DNA of 64,000 nt, taken from Balanoglossus misakiensis. Taxonomy: Eukaryota > Animalia > Hemichordata. Position numbers and translations under genes: made by a program. Shown one piece after another: positions 50,501 through 64,000 of this stretch (positions are counted from its first letter, which is position 1; every line of letters begins with the position of its first letter). Under the pieces are notes generated by a model, which was given only the letters and a program-made list of their open reading frames with translations, was not told where the DNA came from and searched no databases. Location: positions 10,878,552-10,942,551 of the forward strand of contig CM082584.2 in assembly GCA_040954595.2 (NCBI GenBank), read 5' to 3'.

Positions 50501-53500
50501 ACCAAAAATACATTAAATTTGTCAAATATGTGTAACTTTATATCTGATTACATGTAACTGGTCACATCTTTTCTATCATTATGGACTTCAACATATCATA
50601 CATGTAATGATACCACTGTAAACTGTCAGTTTGCTTTTCGTTTTGTATGTTTGCCACACACACACACAAAATAAAATACAATAAAAGATCAAAAACTTAC
50701 CATGATCACAACACACACAGGTCCTACAAATGCCCATATCAACCCCCTCTCAATTGTGATCCAGCAGCTAAACATAAAAAAAAAATGTTAAGAAATTTAA
50801 AAACAGTCAAATTTTGAAAGGAAAAAATACAGAAATATAAAGCCTCACTGAGCACATACATGTAATTTGAACTGAAACTTACTATTGTGTGGTGCCATAA
50901 CCTTCAGGATACAGTCCAGCTGATACACCGACTACAACTGCTGGTATTCCTATAAATAAAAGTTAAAAGTCCCTCTGAACCATTCGTAACCTGATCGCTT
51001 CGTGATCTATGACATCATTTTGACATTTGCTTAAGAGTCGTGTTCAGTCAGCCAATATCTTATTTTTAAATGAATTTGTAACAAACAGACAAAAAAAATC
51101 CGATTACATTCCCAATTACTGCACTAGATATAAATTTCGTACATGAAGATACGATCTGAGAATATAATTCAAGCTTGTGAAGATTTACCATAGCCGTAAG
51201 GATAATAGTACTTCTTTCTGGACTTCTTGGCTTCAAACACTTCAATCAACATGACATAGATCTGGACTCCTTCAAGACTCATCCAAGCGAAGGCTGCCAG
51301 GAAAAAGTAATGCAGCAATCCAGCTATTACAGAGCAAACCACCTGAGGGAACAGAAGAAGAACAGTCAAGGAAGGACAATTATCACAAGTCCAAAAATAG
51401 ACTAACTGTACTGCTGGCTGTATATTAACAATTACACTTACCTCTTTATCAGTCTGATCAATTCCAGCCACAAAGATGACCTCGGCAATCAATAAACACA
51501 AACACAAATTTGTATGGATTGTATTTCTGTCACCCTGCAGATTACTGTCAGTTAAAAAAAAGAGAAATGTCAAAATCAGGAAAATGTCAATATTTTTTTT
51601 TAACTTTGGTTATTCCTGTTACTTAATACTATTACTTCATCGCTGGGTTCACTATTTTATTTGTCGAAACCTGCTTTTTGTTAAAATGCTGTATCTCAAA
51701 AGGTAAAAGATCTCCTCTTCTTTTACTTACCTGCAACAACAGAACGTCATCAGACATAATATAAGACAGCATATTGAAATAATGAATCCAGCATACGTAA
51801 TAACTGATAGCGCAAAATGGTGATATTGGGCAATCTGGAAGAAAAACAAAAACGTAAGTGTACGTCTATGAGGGCGCTACATTCGAGTCTCTACCAAGTG
51901 CATTACATATCTTTTCATTATTCAATTTTTGACCAAATCAACCTCAACATCGAAGGTTATTGAGCAATGAATGATCAACTTGAAATAAACTCAGATTTCT
52001 GACTCACAGGTTCGCCTCTGATGTCCATGATGATAGCAAAATTGGTAAGATGGCTGCATGAACACACTGTGTGTGTCTCGTTACTTTGTACGGTCTCACA
52101 ACCGTACCCAGACCATTCACCATCACCACTGTCGAGTAAAGAAAAAATAAGAGATAGGAATGACAGACTATACTTATCTGAAGGTCAAATACATGTACAA
52201 AATTTGTGAGAAAGAGTTGTATTTTTCTAAAAGGTTATATGGCTTACCTTGAGGTGAAATTCCAGAAAGAACATCTTGGGTCTGTAACATTTTCCGTCTA
52301 CAGTAAAAACAAAAATTGTACAAAATCCAATGAAGTCCTGATAAATTATCATAGAGACAGGTTAGCAATATTTCCCCTCGGTAGAGGAAACTTCTAACTT
52401 TCTTCAAAGGACTTACCTCGAAATGTTCCAGCACAATGATTGCAGGCTCTATGAGAGTTGATGGTGCACTCATTTTATTTATAGACGCTGATATGATTTG
52501 TGAATTGACGATACTCTGGGTGCTGTTCTTGGTTTCATCATCTTCGTGGTCATAGTCGTGGTCGTCACGGCTCACCGACAAAAACTCACCAACTTTGTCG
52601 TACAGAAAGAACACCAGTCTGGTGGTGTCTGCAAAAATATGGACGTGAAAAGCAATTCAGAAATCTTTACACTCTACATTATATAGAACTTGCCAACTCT
52701 GCTGATCACAAAATCCAAAACTGATGAATGCTTGACAAGAACCAGAGACTTACCATTGATATTGTTGTCTTTTAAAGTTTTATTGGACAACGTAATAGAA
52801 TCAGTCACGAAAGACCATTTGGAATCGTCCTGCAAAGTAGTCTTGCCTGGAAATTCCGCATCAGGCAAGTCTTCATCACTGGTATTTTTGGCATGAATTT
52901 CCATCACTACGGAGAAAATGAACATCAAGTTCATCAATTAAGATAATTCAGATAATATCTGGATCAAAACATTTCTCAACAAGTACAAAATACACATGGT
53001 TTAAGTAAGTAAATGCATGTTTATAATCTTTTCAGAGTTTGTTATTTATTGACAGAGACTGCATGAACTTACAAATTTGATTAGTTGCTTTGACGACTGC
53101 ACCTCCAACCGGCAACTGCATCACAAGCAGAAACCCACTCTGTTCCATACACTGCAACAGTTTGCTGGCTTCCAGGGACTGCTGGTCTGCCGGAAGATCC
53201 ACCCATGCGTTTTCGTGCTCAAGAAGGTTACTGCCGGTGTCAAGATTTCCCTGTGTATATATATAGGTGAAATTTCCTGAATACCGGTATACAGGAATCT
53301 ATTCTCATCCCAAACATGATTCACATGCAGAAGGATTACTAAATATAGTACCAGCCATAACAGAACATTATAAGAGAGATATGAGTCCATGACATACCTT
53401 TACCACGCCATCCATAAATTCATATTTTTCCGCTGGAGTCATGTCAGCTATAAACTCTTCCATGCTAAGTAGTAATTCATTGATATTATCAATAGATCCA

Positions 53501-56500
53501 ATGATATCTCCACCATAAAGGGTCTGATCGCTGCCAGTGCTTCTCACCATTAATTGTGACACCATCTTGACGTCCTCTGGACTGCTTATGTTTGAGATCT
53601 GTCCAAAAATAAAAATGCACAATCAGAAGGGTCCATTTAAGAGTAGATTAAAGCATTTCATCATTAAATATGCTAAAAGTGACAGCTATTGGGGCTTTAA
53701 AACGATGCAAAAAAATCAAGGAATTTTACCATTTCACTGATTTGTTCAACAGCTTCAGATCGACATCCACTGAGATCTGGTCCAACGCTTGGATTCCACT
53801 GAGCAGGGATGCCAGTACATTGCCACATTGCCTGACCTAGAAAACAAAAACATTACATCTGTGAATACCTGTATACCACGTACACAGCATGAATAGAAAT
53901 CGTAAAATTGGATTCAGTTTGAAAACAAAGCTATACCTGTTGTTCCCTCTGGACAGTTTTGTATCACTGTATGACCAGTTGGTGTGACAGGCCATGTCAG
54001 ATCTCGGACTCTTGTGGACTCACAAAATACCAATGAACTTTGTGTTGTTGGCAAGCCTGAAAAAAATTGTATAAAAGAAAAGAAAAGAAAGAAATACAGG
54101 AATTGTGATATAAATCCAGTTTCAATATTGCATATCTGTACATCATATCTAAGTACATGAACCGGGTATATCATACTTCATAACAGCATGTACTCTACTC
54201 GATACATGGTATCTGCTTTCGACAAAGTAAAGAAAAAAAATCTTGTTCTTTTCAACTTTCAATGTATGGTTGTGATGATCGAGATTAGTGACAACTGTAC
54301 TGTCTGTAATGATGACAAAGCCTGATGTACAGTACCTGGAATCTGTTCTGTGATTCCAGTTGTCTGTTCTGTTATGGTCACCGTGGTGACTTTTCTTTCC
54401 TGCGTTACATCCGTCACTGGACTGTCAATTGTACTGGATGATGATGGCTCTGTCACAGAACTTCTCGCTGGCTCTTCAGAGTAGAGAGTCCATGGCTGAG
54501 AGACAGCCGTTCTGATTGGTGATTCACTTGATGGGTTTGAACTTACAGACGTTCTGACTGGATCAGCGGTTGGCCTGACGGGGGAGTCTGTAACAGGCGT
54601 TACGACTGGCTGCTGAGATTCACTTGTCGACGTCATCTCTTCCGACTGGGTAGTACTATCAACACTATCTGTCACAATATCAGTGATTGGATACAGAGGC
54701 TTTTTAGTTGTATATTCTGGGTAGGGCTTGGAGGATGGAATCTCACTTGCCTGCACGGTTGTGATTGTTTCTGTTTCTGATGCAATTTCTGATACTGTTG
54801 GCTGTTCAGTAGAAGCTTCATCAGACCTTTTCACTGTTATCGTCCCATCAGTAATTGACTCTGTATATGCTTCTGCTGATGATTTCTCAAATGATGGTGT
54901 GGTCTCTTGCTGATCTGCAGGTCTGGTCGTTGGTCTGATTATTGGTCCATCAGTCTCTGGTACAAGCTGAGGTGTGGAAGTAACTGCTTGGGTTGTTGGC
55001 TGTCTCTGAGTGGTTACCATAGTAACAGCATGCTCCTCTGTTACTGGTTGATGAGAGATACGTTCCTGGGTAATGGGCATCCAATTGGTTGTTGCTACCA
55101 TGGTAACGTCAGGTTTGTCAGTCACCGGTTTTGAAGGGATTTCTGATCTCATTGATGTTACAGCAGTTGGCCCAGCTGATACTGTTACTATGGTAACAGG
55201 CTCATCAGTCGCTGCCTGGGTTGGAGTGTTTCTGTCTGTGGTAAGATCAATTGGCTCTGTTACCATGGTAATGGTGGAATCTTCAGTTTCAGGCTGGGTG
55301 TGGCCAGTTGGTGTGTCAGGTGCCTGTTCTGTCTGAACAGAGGGCTCGTCTGTGAATGATTCTGCTGTGGCTGCAGTTGATGATGCTGCAGTTGTTGTTG
55401 TTTCTGTTGTTGTTGCTGTTGTTGTTGTTGCTGCTTCTGTTGTTGTTGTTGCTGCTTCTGTTGTTGTTGTTGCTGCTTCTGTTGTTGCTGCTTCTGTTGT
55501 TGTTGTTGCTGCTTCTGTTGTTGTTGTTGTTGTTGCTGCTTCTGTTGTTGTTGTTGCTGCTGTTGCTGTTGGAGTAAATACAAGCCACACAGAAAATGTT
55601 ACTCAATGACTTTTTACTTGATGGCTATTTCTACTCAGTTTCACATGACATGTTTCAAGTTGAAGGTAGTACAACCAACACCAAAACATACCGGTACACC
55701 TTGGTAGACAGAACAAAGTTAAGGTGAACTTGAGAAGGGAAAGCGAATTGGTATGGAAAACATGCCAGAAGGTTGAACTTGGACAATAATATACATTTAT
55801 TAAGATCATATGTTTAATCTCTTGTTGATTTTTAGCATCAAAATGTTTGTTTGGGTTTTTTTTTCTATAGAGGTACCTTTCATTTGAGTAACTGTTTGCT
55901 CTGTTTCCCTGATGGTAGTTTTTTCTTCCTTCACCCTTGTGGATTGTATTTGTGTTGTTAAAAGTAATGGTTGGGTAGGAGATGATTGCATTGTATTGGT
56001 CTGTAGGTATTCGGTCACTGACTCTTCTGTTTTTGGCAACTGTTGTGGAGTTGATGGAGATGATTTTGAAGGAAGGACTGCAGAGGGTGTTTCCTGGGTT
56101 GTTGGGGTAATGGGTGTTGTCATAGTTTCTGATTCTGTTGAAGTAGCTGGTGGTAGAGTTAGTGGTTGTGTACTGGCAGATGTTGTTTGCCATGTGGCTG
56201 ATTGCCTAATTGTCTCTGGCTGAGACACATGAGGTGTCTTCTCTGTTTTGAGTTGCACTGTAGTGGTTGTTTGCTGTCTTGCTGTAACTGTTGTCTGCAG
56301 AGTTTCTGGTTGTCCTGTTTCTATGGTATTCTCAGTTCCTGACTGTCTCCTAGTTGTTTGTGGAGTTCCAGATTGTTCTGTTGCTTTTTGTGTCCGTGGT
56401 TGGACGGCACTTGATGTTTGCCAAGTTAGCGAGTGGTCTGCAACTGTTGTTTTCTGTGTGTGCGGTTGTTTTGTTGTTGTTTGCCAAGTAGTTTTTTGTT

Positions 56501-59500
56501 GAGTTTTTGGTTGTTTTTGTGTCTGCCAGGTGCTTGGCTGTACTTCACTTGATGTTTGCATACTCTCTGGTTGTTGTGTTGTTGTCAGCTGAGTGACATC
56601 TGGTTGTACATCATCTGTTTTCTCAGTTACTGGCTGTCTTTCCCTTGTTTGTTGTGTTTCTGGTTGTTTTGCTGTTGTTTGTTGTGTTTCTGGTTGTAGA
56701 CTCTCTGCTCTCTGTGGTGTTGTCAGCTGCTGATGAGTGACCGGTTGTACAACATCTGATGTTTTGGAAGTTGTTGGTTGTCTTTCAACTGTTTGTTGTG
56801 TTTCTGGTTGTATTTCCGTTGTTTGTTGTGTTCCTGGTTGTTTTGTTGTTGTTTGCATAATCTCTGGTTGTTGTGTTGTTGTCAGCTGAGTGACATCTGG
56901 TAGTACAGCATCTGTTTTTTGAGTTACTGGTTGTATTTCCGTTGTTTGTTGTGTTCCTGGTTGTTTTGTTGTTGTTTGCATAATCTCTGGTTGTTGTGTT
57001 GTTGTCAGCTGAGTGACATCTGGTAGTACAGCATCTGTTTTCTGAGTTACTGGCTGTCTATCTGTTGGTTGTTGTGTTCCTGGTTGTTTTGCTGTTGTTT
57101 GTCGAGTTCCAGATTGTTCTGTTGCTTTTTGTGTCCGTGGTTGGACAGCACTTGATGTTTGCCAAGTTAGCGAGTGGTCTGCAACTGTTGTTTTCTGTGT
57201 GTGCGGTTGTTTTGTTGTTGTTTGCCAAGTAGTTTTTTGTTGAGTTCCTGGTTGTTTTTGTGACTGCCAGGTGTTTGGCTGTACTTCACTTGATGTTTGC
57301 ATACTCTCTGGTTGTTGTGTTGTTGTCAATTGAGTGACACCTGGAAGAACAGCATCTGTTTTTTGAGTTACTGGTTGTCTTTCCGTTGTTTGTTGGGTTC
57401 CTGGTTGTAGACTCTCTGCTCTCTGTGGTGTTGTCTGCTGATGAGTGACTGGTTGTACAACATCTGATGTTTTCGAAGTTGTTGGTTGTCTTTCAACTGT
57501 TTCTTGTGTTCCTGGTTGTCTTTCCGTTGTCTGTTGTGTTCCTGGTTGTTTTGTTGTTGTTTGCACCATACTCTCTGGTTGTTGTGTTGTTGTCAGTTGT
57601 CGAGTGACATCTGGTAGTACAGCATCTGTTTTTTGAGTTACTGGTTGTCTTTCCGTTGTTTGCTGTGTTCTTGGTTGTTTTGCTGTTGTTTGTTGTGTTC
57701 CTGGTTGTTTTGCTGTTGTTTGTTGTGTTCCTGGTTGTTTTGTTGTTGTTTGCATACTCTCTGGTTGTTGTATTGTTGTCAGGTGAGTGGCATCTGGTAG
57801 TATAGCATCTGTTGGTTGTTTTGCTGTTGTTTGCTGACTTTTTGGTTGTGCTGATGTTGTTGCCAGCCATGTGACATGTTCTACTGCATCTGTTGTTTGT
57901 CGAGTTCCTGGTTGTACCGTTGCAGCATTGGTTGTCTGCTGTGTTGGAGACTGAACAGCCGGTGTCCTCACAGAATGATCTGTGTTGTCTGATTGTTTTG
58001 TTGTCCATTGTTGTGGAAGTGAAGTCCTTTGCACAGTGGTTTGTCTAGGAGTCTGTTGGCCTGTCATTGGCACTTGATGTGTGGTCAATACTGGTGGTCG
58101 CTCTGTCAGTTTGGCTGTGCTTTGAACGTTAGGATAAGCAGTTGCTGTTGACACACAAATGTACACTCAATTTCTTTTCTTGAAAACAGCTAAGGTTCAA
58201 TTTTAAAAATATTTATTCTATATTTAGGATTACAACTATTGCATAGCCTTGGCTTTATGCAAGTAGTTGCTGTTACGACTGCAAATGTTATAGCTGTTAT
58301 GTTTTTTATTAGTTATTTGGAAGAAAATCTTGACAGTGCGCGTGCTTATAAGCTTACTCCGTTTCAATAAATTGGATGATGAACATGTGATTACTCTTTT
58401 TATACCAGTTCAAGCTTTCTGGTGTAGACATTTTTGTATAAGTGGATGTTAGATATCCAGAAGCAGATTTGGATGAGAGACAATAGATAATTAATATAAA
58501 ACAGCAGATGAAAAAGAAAATATTTAGCCGGAGACTGTCACTTACTCAGGGTCAGAGAGTTAGAGTAGAGTTTATGAGTCAGAAGAAGAAATATCTGTGA
58601 GTGGAAAGGATAGAAAATAAAGGAGCAGTCAGGGTAAAAAGATTTTGTGCCAGAATCATGAAGCAAATTAAATAACAGATCGGGTGCAACATACAATTAT
58701 AACAATGTGACATAAATAGACACACACACACACAGTTGTAATATGTATACTGAACATCACAGTGCAATTATTCGTGTCCATGACAAGGAACTGAAACTTG
58801 AAATTAATATGAAAGTAAAGTTTTAAGACTGAGTCATATAATATTTTCATTGTCCAGGATGTGATATACATGATATTTTGATATTTTGAGGATGTCCGGC
58901 TGATGTGTCTTGTTCCTTGTAACTTGAATATGCCATAGAGCTACACAAACAAACCCACATACAACAGCCATGCCTAATAACCCTAAATTTGCTTCTCTTA
59001 CTTGGTTCTTTACCACAGCTGTATCGGACCTCCAAATATTTTCTCACACCAGGGCAGGCGTCATAAAAAATGCCTGAATTTGCTGGTATGGTACATCTTT
59101 GTCTTCCCTGACATCTGGAAAATAAAGTACAAATGTAGTACAGCTGTAGCCATTTCAGACTGTGTGACTTACCAAATTTCAGATCAATCTGACCAGCCAC
59201 TTTTGAGATATCAATGAGATATATAGACAGTCAGACACAAACACACAAACACTGATATGACATAATCTCATGTGCTATTACTATTATTCTGAAAATCCAT
59301 CCAAATACCTGTTTTGGACAATTTCAAATGAGCCTTCAAAAATGCAGTTGGTTTCCGAGATTGTCTCTCCCCTGGTACATGTCCGATCATCAGTACGACC
59401 ATAATTGGCAAAGTGGATGGTGATGACATCATCATCATCAGCACACGTCAGTATCATCTGCTGTTGCTCACATGTAGAGGCTGAATAGATGTTATCAGCT

Positions 59501-60173
59501 CTTCGTCTCCGCAAATGTGGAACTCCTTCAGAAAGGGATTAGAATTATATTTATTTAAGGATGTACGCGCAGAACGTAAACTGGTAAACTGCGTGAACTT
59601 GTGCGCAATTGTCTCTTCCCATAAGATTACATTAATATCGCTAGGAAACTCTACTATTGTCATTTTCACGAAATTTTAGATAGCTCAGTCAAATAAAAAT
59701 AAATTCAGTGGTCAAATAAGATTGCATGGTCACCGCACACACATTATTTTGAGATAAACTTTGCTAATTAAACGTTTTGCCAATAGACAAACTAGACTAG
59801 ACTTATGACTTGCTGAGTTTTGTAAAGTTGATGGCCTGGTAATTTTAACTGGGAGATTTGGAAATTTAAAGCAATGTTAATTCTTCCAACTGTGCGCTGT
59901 GGATATGTGAGATTTCTGTTGGAAAAGTCTCTGGGACTTGATCTGTTTGGTATTTGAAATATTTGACATATATACTACTAAACTAAACTCAAGAAGGTAT
60001 CTCAAACGTCATGAGGAAAATATCAGTTTCAAAATCTGGCAAGGATGATGCAAGTCCAACTCCATACACTCCAAAAGCACTAGAACTAGAGTTAAATGTC
60101 AATTCGACTTACCAACTGATTTGCTAAGTAGTGTGAATAGAATAAAAAACAGGATGTGGGATTTTGTCTTCAT
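47532..60173 (-). CDS. ADGRL: Latrophilin-type adhesion GPCR (RBL lectin - mucin stalk - HormR - GAIN/GPS - 7TM - PDZ ligand), up to ~2,300 aa
   Basis: 23 coding exons: 60173-60113 (signal peptide [21 protein letters not shown]); 59525-59309 and 59114-59014 (SUEL/RBL lectin: CE...ANYGR...C...[16 protein letters not shown]); 58144-55877 and 55565-54336 (mucin); 54056-53937 and 53836-53730 (HormR); 53598-53398, 53250-53073, 52906-52754, 52628-52417, 52297-52248 and 52128-52008 (GAIN; [16 protein letters not shown]); 51834-51731, 51544-51442, 51342-51189, 50949-50883, 50767-50701, 50498-50404 and 50162-49994 (7TM: [38 protein letters not shown]); 49557-49435, 48931-48856 and 48472-47532 (tail ending ETYL). 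Total 6918 nt, in frame. Confidence 0.93.
55389..55570 (-). repeat. Coding microsatellite-derived repeat encoding (EAATTTT)n
   Basis: (GTT)n interrupted by GCTGCTTCT on the + strand, at the start of the second mucin exon. Confidence 0.9.
56354..57790 (-). repeat. Nested coding tandem repeats in the latrophilin mucin exon
   Basis: 10-aa units ([10 protein letters not shown]-like), a 41-aa/123-nt tandem duplication (~56812-57057), and a higher-order duplication of >130 aa (~56354-56850 vs ~57095-57560, containing [27 protein letters not shown]). Confidence 0.9.
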
Positions 60174-63100
60174 CTCTGACAGTGGTACCAGTATAAACTA
60201 TCCTTCACATCATCTGTAACGACAATATTAAAGAAGTTAGTTAAAGGGTAAGAGAGACAATAAATTTGGGTTCACACTAGATGCTTATGTTGGCCCTGAG
60301 TAGGTTTTGGTCTTATGTGACTTATGTTGGACCAGTCACGTTGGACTTCGAGTTTAGTCCAGGCATGAAAGGTGAGTTCACACAAGTCTGGTCTATAATT
60401 AGAGTGTGGAAGGTATATATGTACAACTGGTTCATATGTGCCAATCAGATCTCAGTCCTCTGTGGCTATTTAGTGCTAGGGCATTCAGGCAATGTCAGAA
60501 ATTGTGATTGCCAAGTATCATGAGGACGGACAAAGACCACATCTATCCCCAGGGGATTGTTTTTAGCTCTTGCCAGATCCTAGATAAATAGTAGATGTGT
60601 GAACTATACAGTTAAGTCATTAACATTCTATTTGGATGAACCATAAACAACAGAATTCCTCTTTTTATATTTGCCCTTCCGGCACGTAGGGTATTCAACA
60701 ATTTCGCACAAAATTTTCTGTTACTCAGCTGTACATGGTAAATTTCAAGGGCTACCCATGTTGGCATTTGCCATTCAACATGAACCTAACAACTTTATAA
60801 ACCTAACATATTTTGACCCAATTTTGTGTTTTATGACCTTAACATCTGTCTGTGTCATGATTTACTATTCTCTGTTCTGCATGCCCAGCCGAATGTAAAT
60901 TTAACCTACTTTTCCTTCATGGGTCATTATATAGAAACATTTACAACCACTGAAATGCCACTGTTAATATTTTATTCGGCTTAAACTGCACTTTTTAAAA
61001 TAGAATGGTAGCCATTTTGAATTTCAAAGCTTGATACAATGGGGTGAACAGCTTCCATGCTGATATATCCGATTTATTATTTTTACCTTAACAGTGACAT
61101 GATTCTTGAGAACAGGAATGAATAATAACACTTCAGATTTTCAAGGTTTTAATTAATTTTGAGGTTGATGGATTAAAGCCCTTCGCTGCTTCCAATGGTA
61201 AAAGTAAACCAAGGATTCTTTGAAAAGCACTACGTACTGTACTGTATTGTACACGTACTGTGAATCAGTGAAAGCAGTTGCCCGTGTACTGTAGGCTAGC
61301 TCTTTCATTATAGTTCGTGTACACCATCTGTTGCATTTCTTTATCATTTAGGAAGCGTTCACGAGAAACAAGAACAATAGTATACATACCTGACGATAAT
61401 TTAAAAGAGTGAATTTTACACGGACTTGTGACGTACAACATACACCATGGGACTATTTAAACCAGCATGCCTACCGATGACCTCAGTTCAGGTGAAAGTG
61501 ACACCAGTATTGTCCCACCTGGTGACCTTGAGCGCACTATGATGCATGAATATGGAAATATTCATGCAGAGATCGCGATGGCCTCGTACATGGTATCATA
61601 GGCAGATCATATTACACCATTTGGACACAACAGACTTGATGTTGCCAAAATTACGCCAAAGTCTGGTTGGGTCGAGAGTTTAGAGGCACAGTCAGGGTAT
61701 TATCATATCAAAGGCTAATTTGGAGATATACAACCCAATTATTATATTTTTCATGATAGCAGGGCCAACATTATTGACTATCCTCATTCATTTATTGCAT
61801 AACATCGTCACGTCATTAAATGTAGCAATGACGCAAAAGACATGGGACAGGTTCTCGAAGAGGACTGAATCACGATTTCCTCCAGGAATTCGAGGACTGG
61901 TCACAGAAACAGCAATATGCGGAAAAGTACCGGTGTACAAACGAGAAAAAGTGAGAAGTCTGACAAGTAATTTACCTGTTCCTGACACTCCCTTGTCCAT
62001 TCCATGCCTTATCCTGTCGCCCACATTTTTAAAATAATGGGTCAATTATATCTTGAACTACCTCTAACACTTTCACTGACCCATACAAACAGGAGAGACA
62101 ATAGCCAAACACTGTGACTCATGCTACCGTGGTATCTTAAGATGGGCGTATGCCTCCTAATGTATTATTGACTAGAACTTTGTGTCAAAAGGTATTAACA
62201 CAGGGTTCAATGGCTTTGTTATCAGCGACCACAAGGTGAGGTCAATGGATAGTAGACTGGACACTCTAATCTACGCTATGTAGTGGAAGTTGCTTGTTAA
62301 AAATGGACAATTTTTCTCTGCTTTTCATGAAAACACTTCTATTAATGTTTGTGAAGTCTTTACAAGGTTATCTGCCTTGTAGGGCCAAGCCTTGGCAGGC
62401 CTGAAGCAGTACATGGGATATAAACTGGACAGATTCCAATCAAACAAAAGACATAAAGGTTAAGTATTTTCTTGTCTAACAAAGAAAGAAATACCAATGC
62501 ACGTTCATACTATAGAAGTTTATAAATAACTGTGACTGTGGGGAGCTATGAAACCAAAGCTACTTGGAAATACCCAAACCACCTAAATCTTATTGTAACT
62601 TAACAAACATCAGCAGACATATTTACATTTGGAACATAAGAGATTCAACAAGGCACAAAGTCACTCATTTTTGACATTATTTTGGTTTCTTTGATAGACC
62701 CCCCCCCCCAGAAATCAAATGGTCCACCCCTAACTGTATTTAATTACCTTCACCTTGGCAAAAAAAAAATCGGAATGTAAATGTTTAGTGTATATTAACC
62801 TTGGAAAGTTAAATTTCCTTGATCATTCAAGACTAAAAACATTTCGCGCTATCCTTCAAAGCACGATGGCTGGTTATACCAGTACATATAGGGAAAACTT
62901 CACCACACATACAGGAGTTGAAGATCATTTGATGCATATCAGGCGATTAAAGTTCTGCTCTTTCAAGAGTATGTGTTTTCTTTGACAGCAGAAAGGGTTG
63001 ACAATTTTCATAGCATGGTCCACGGCATGTACACCACCCACTAATCATATAGAAACATGGTAAACATAAACAATTGATTGAAGTAGTTACATAGGTCATA

Positions 63101-64000
63101 TGTACTCGGTAACCATGTCCTAAATAGTCTACATATGGGACTTCTGCTTCCGCTCAAATTAGAAATATCTGGTTCTCTGGAGGTAATTCTTGTTCCAGTG
63201 TTTCATCTTGATATGGGGGGGGGGGGGGGGCGGTTCACCCCCTGCTAACATGTTGGCACTCCCTAGCAATTTGTGAAGCAGTTACAACATGAGGGCTGGT
63301 TGATGCTTTCCATAACGTCAGCCATCAAATCCATTATGTTTACAAAGAGCAATGCCCTTGATAGTCAATATTGACAATTTAATTGAATTAATATTGAATT
63401 CTGTGCTATTTTTGTGTATTATGAAAATATGAGTTATTGTGTAGGTAATTTAATTACTGACAAGAACAATTTCTAAATGGCTTCAAACACTGCAGGTTAA
63501 AGAACTAAATCAGGACCAAAAGCAAGGAGTTGTGAGGTCGGAGCTTAATCCCCCCCCCCCCCACTCCCAGGGGGAAGGGGAATAGCTTATCAACATCAAA
63601 CTGAGTGATGGGATATTATTGTCTAATTTCCCTATTGCTACATGGGTTCTCACCATTGGCTGAAAGCTATACTACTAAAGTAAGAATACAAGAAACCAAA
63701 ATCTGTGGAAATGTCGGTCATCATCATCATTTTTGCTCAGTTATATATACCCTAACTGAACACAGAGATCCACTCCTGGAACGAGGTTACTTACCTGCGG
63801 ATGGTCAAACTTTTAAAATCAAATATGCATATCATAAACAGATCAAGCACTTTGATATTTTAAAGCTTAATCAACAACAAAAAACATTAACATGATTAAA
63901 AGCCGACAGGTTGGTTTTCGTGCGAGCACGCGGTCACTTTCCAGTGAGGAGTGCATCTAAATTTGGTTAGCAAACGAGCTCGGTGATTTCGTTTTAAACG

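Noticed and set aside
55260-55609. Poly-Q, poly-N, poly-L and poly-V ORFs
   Set aside because: Alternative frames and strands of the EAATTTT-coding repeat in the latrophilin mucin exon.
60220-64000. Short ORFs upstream of the latrophilin ATG exon
   Set aside because: No domain similarity; probably latrophilin 5'UTR introns/exons (donor-like sites near 61389 and 63794) that cannot be resolved without transcripts.

Overview
Eukaryotic, AT-rich, intron-rich animal genomic DNA, most consistent with an invertebrate deuterostome (inference; species not determined). Seven protein-coding genes can be reconstructed by hand from GT-AG splice sites with consistent reading phase. They are: the 5' part of NIPBL (-), head-to-head with a 14-exon SCP2/SCPx thiolase (+); two tandem SLC1A/EAAT glutamate-transporter paralogues (-); a divergent mGluR-like class C GPCR (+); an intronless GPR21/GPR52-like GPCR (-); and a 23-exon latrophilin (-) carrying a ~1,170-aa mucin stalk. 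Main observations: (1) the NIPBL-SCP2-SLC1A-ADGRL order looks like an intact ancestral block that is split between vertebrate paralogons; (2) the class C receptor lacks the glutamate side-chain residues yet sits head-to-head with the EAATs; (3) SCPx has a possible mitochondrial leader in addition to its C-terminal SKL; (4) latrophilin has symmetric mucin exons, an alternative donor and a candidate stop-containing exon; (5) a 154-bp TIR element with a 9-bp target-site duplication lies behind one EAAT. No RNA genes or CRISPR arrays were recognised. Exon coordinates and comparisons with human proteins are by eye and from memory, not from database searches.
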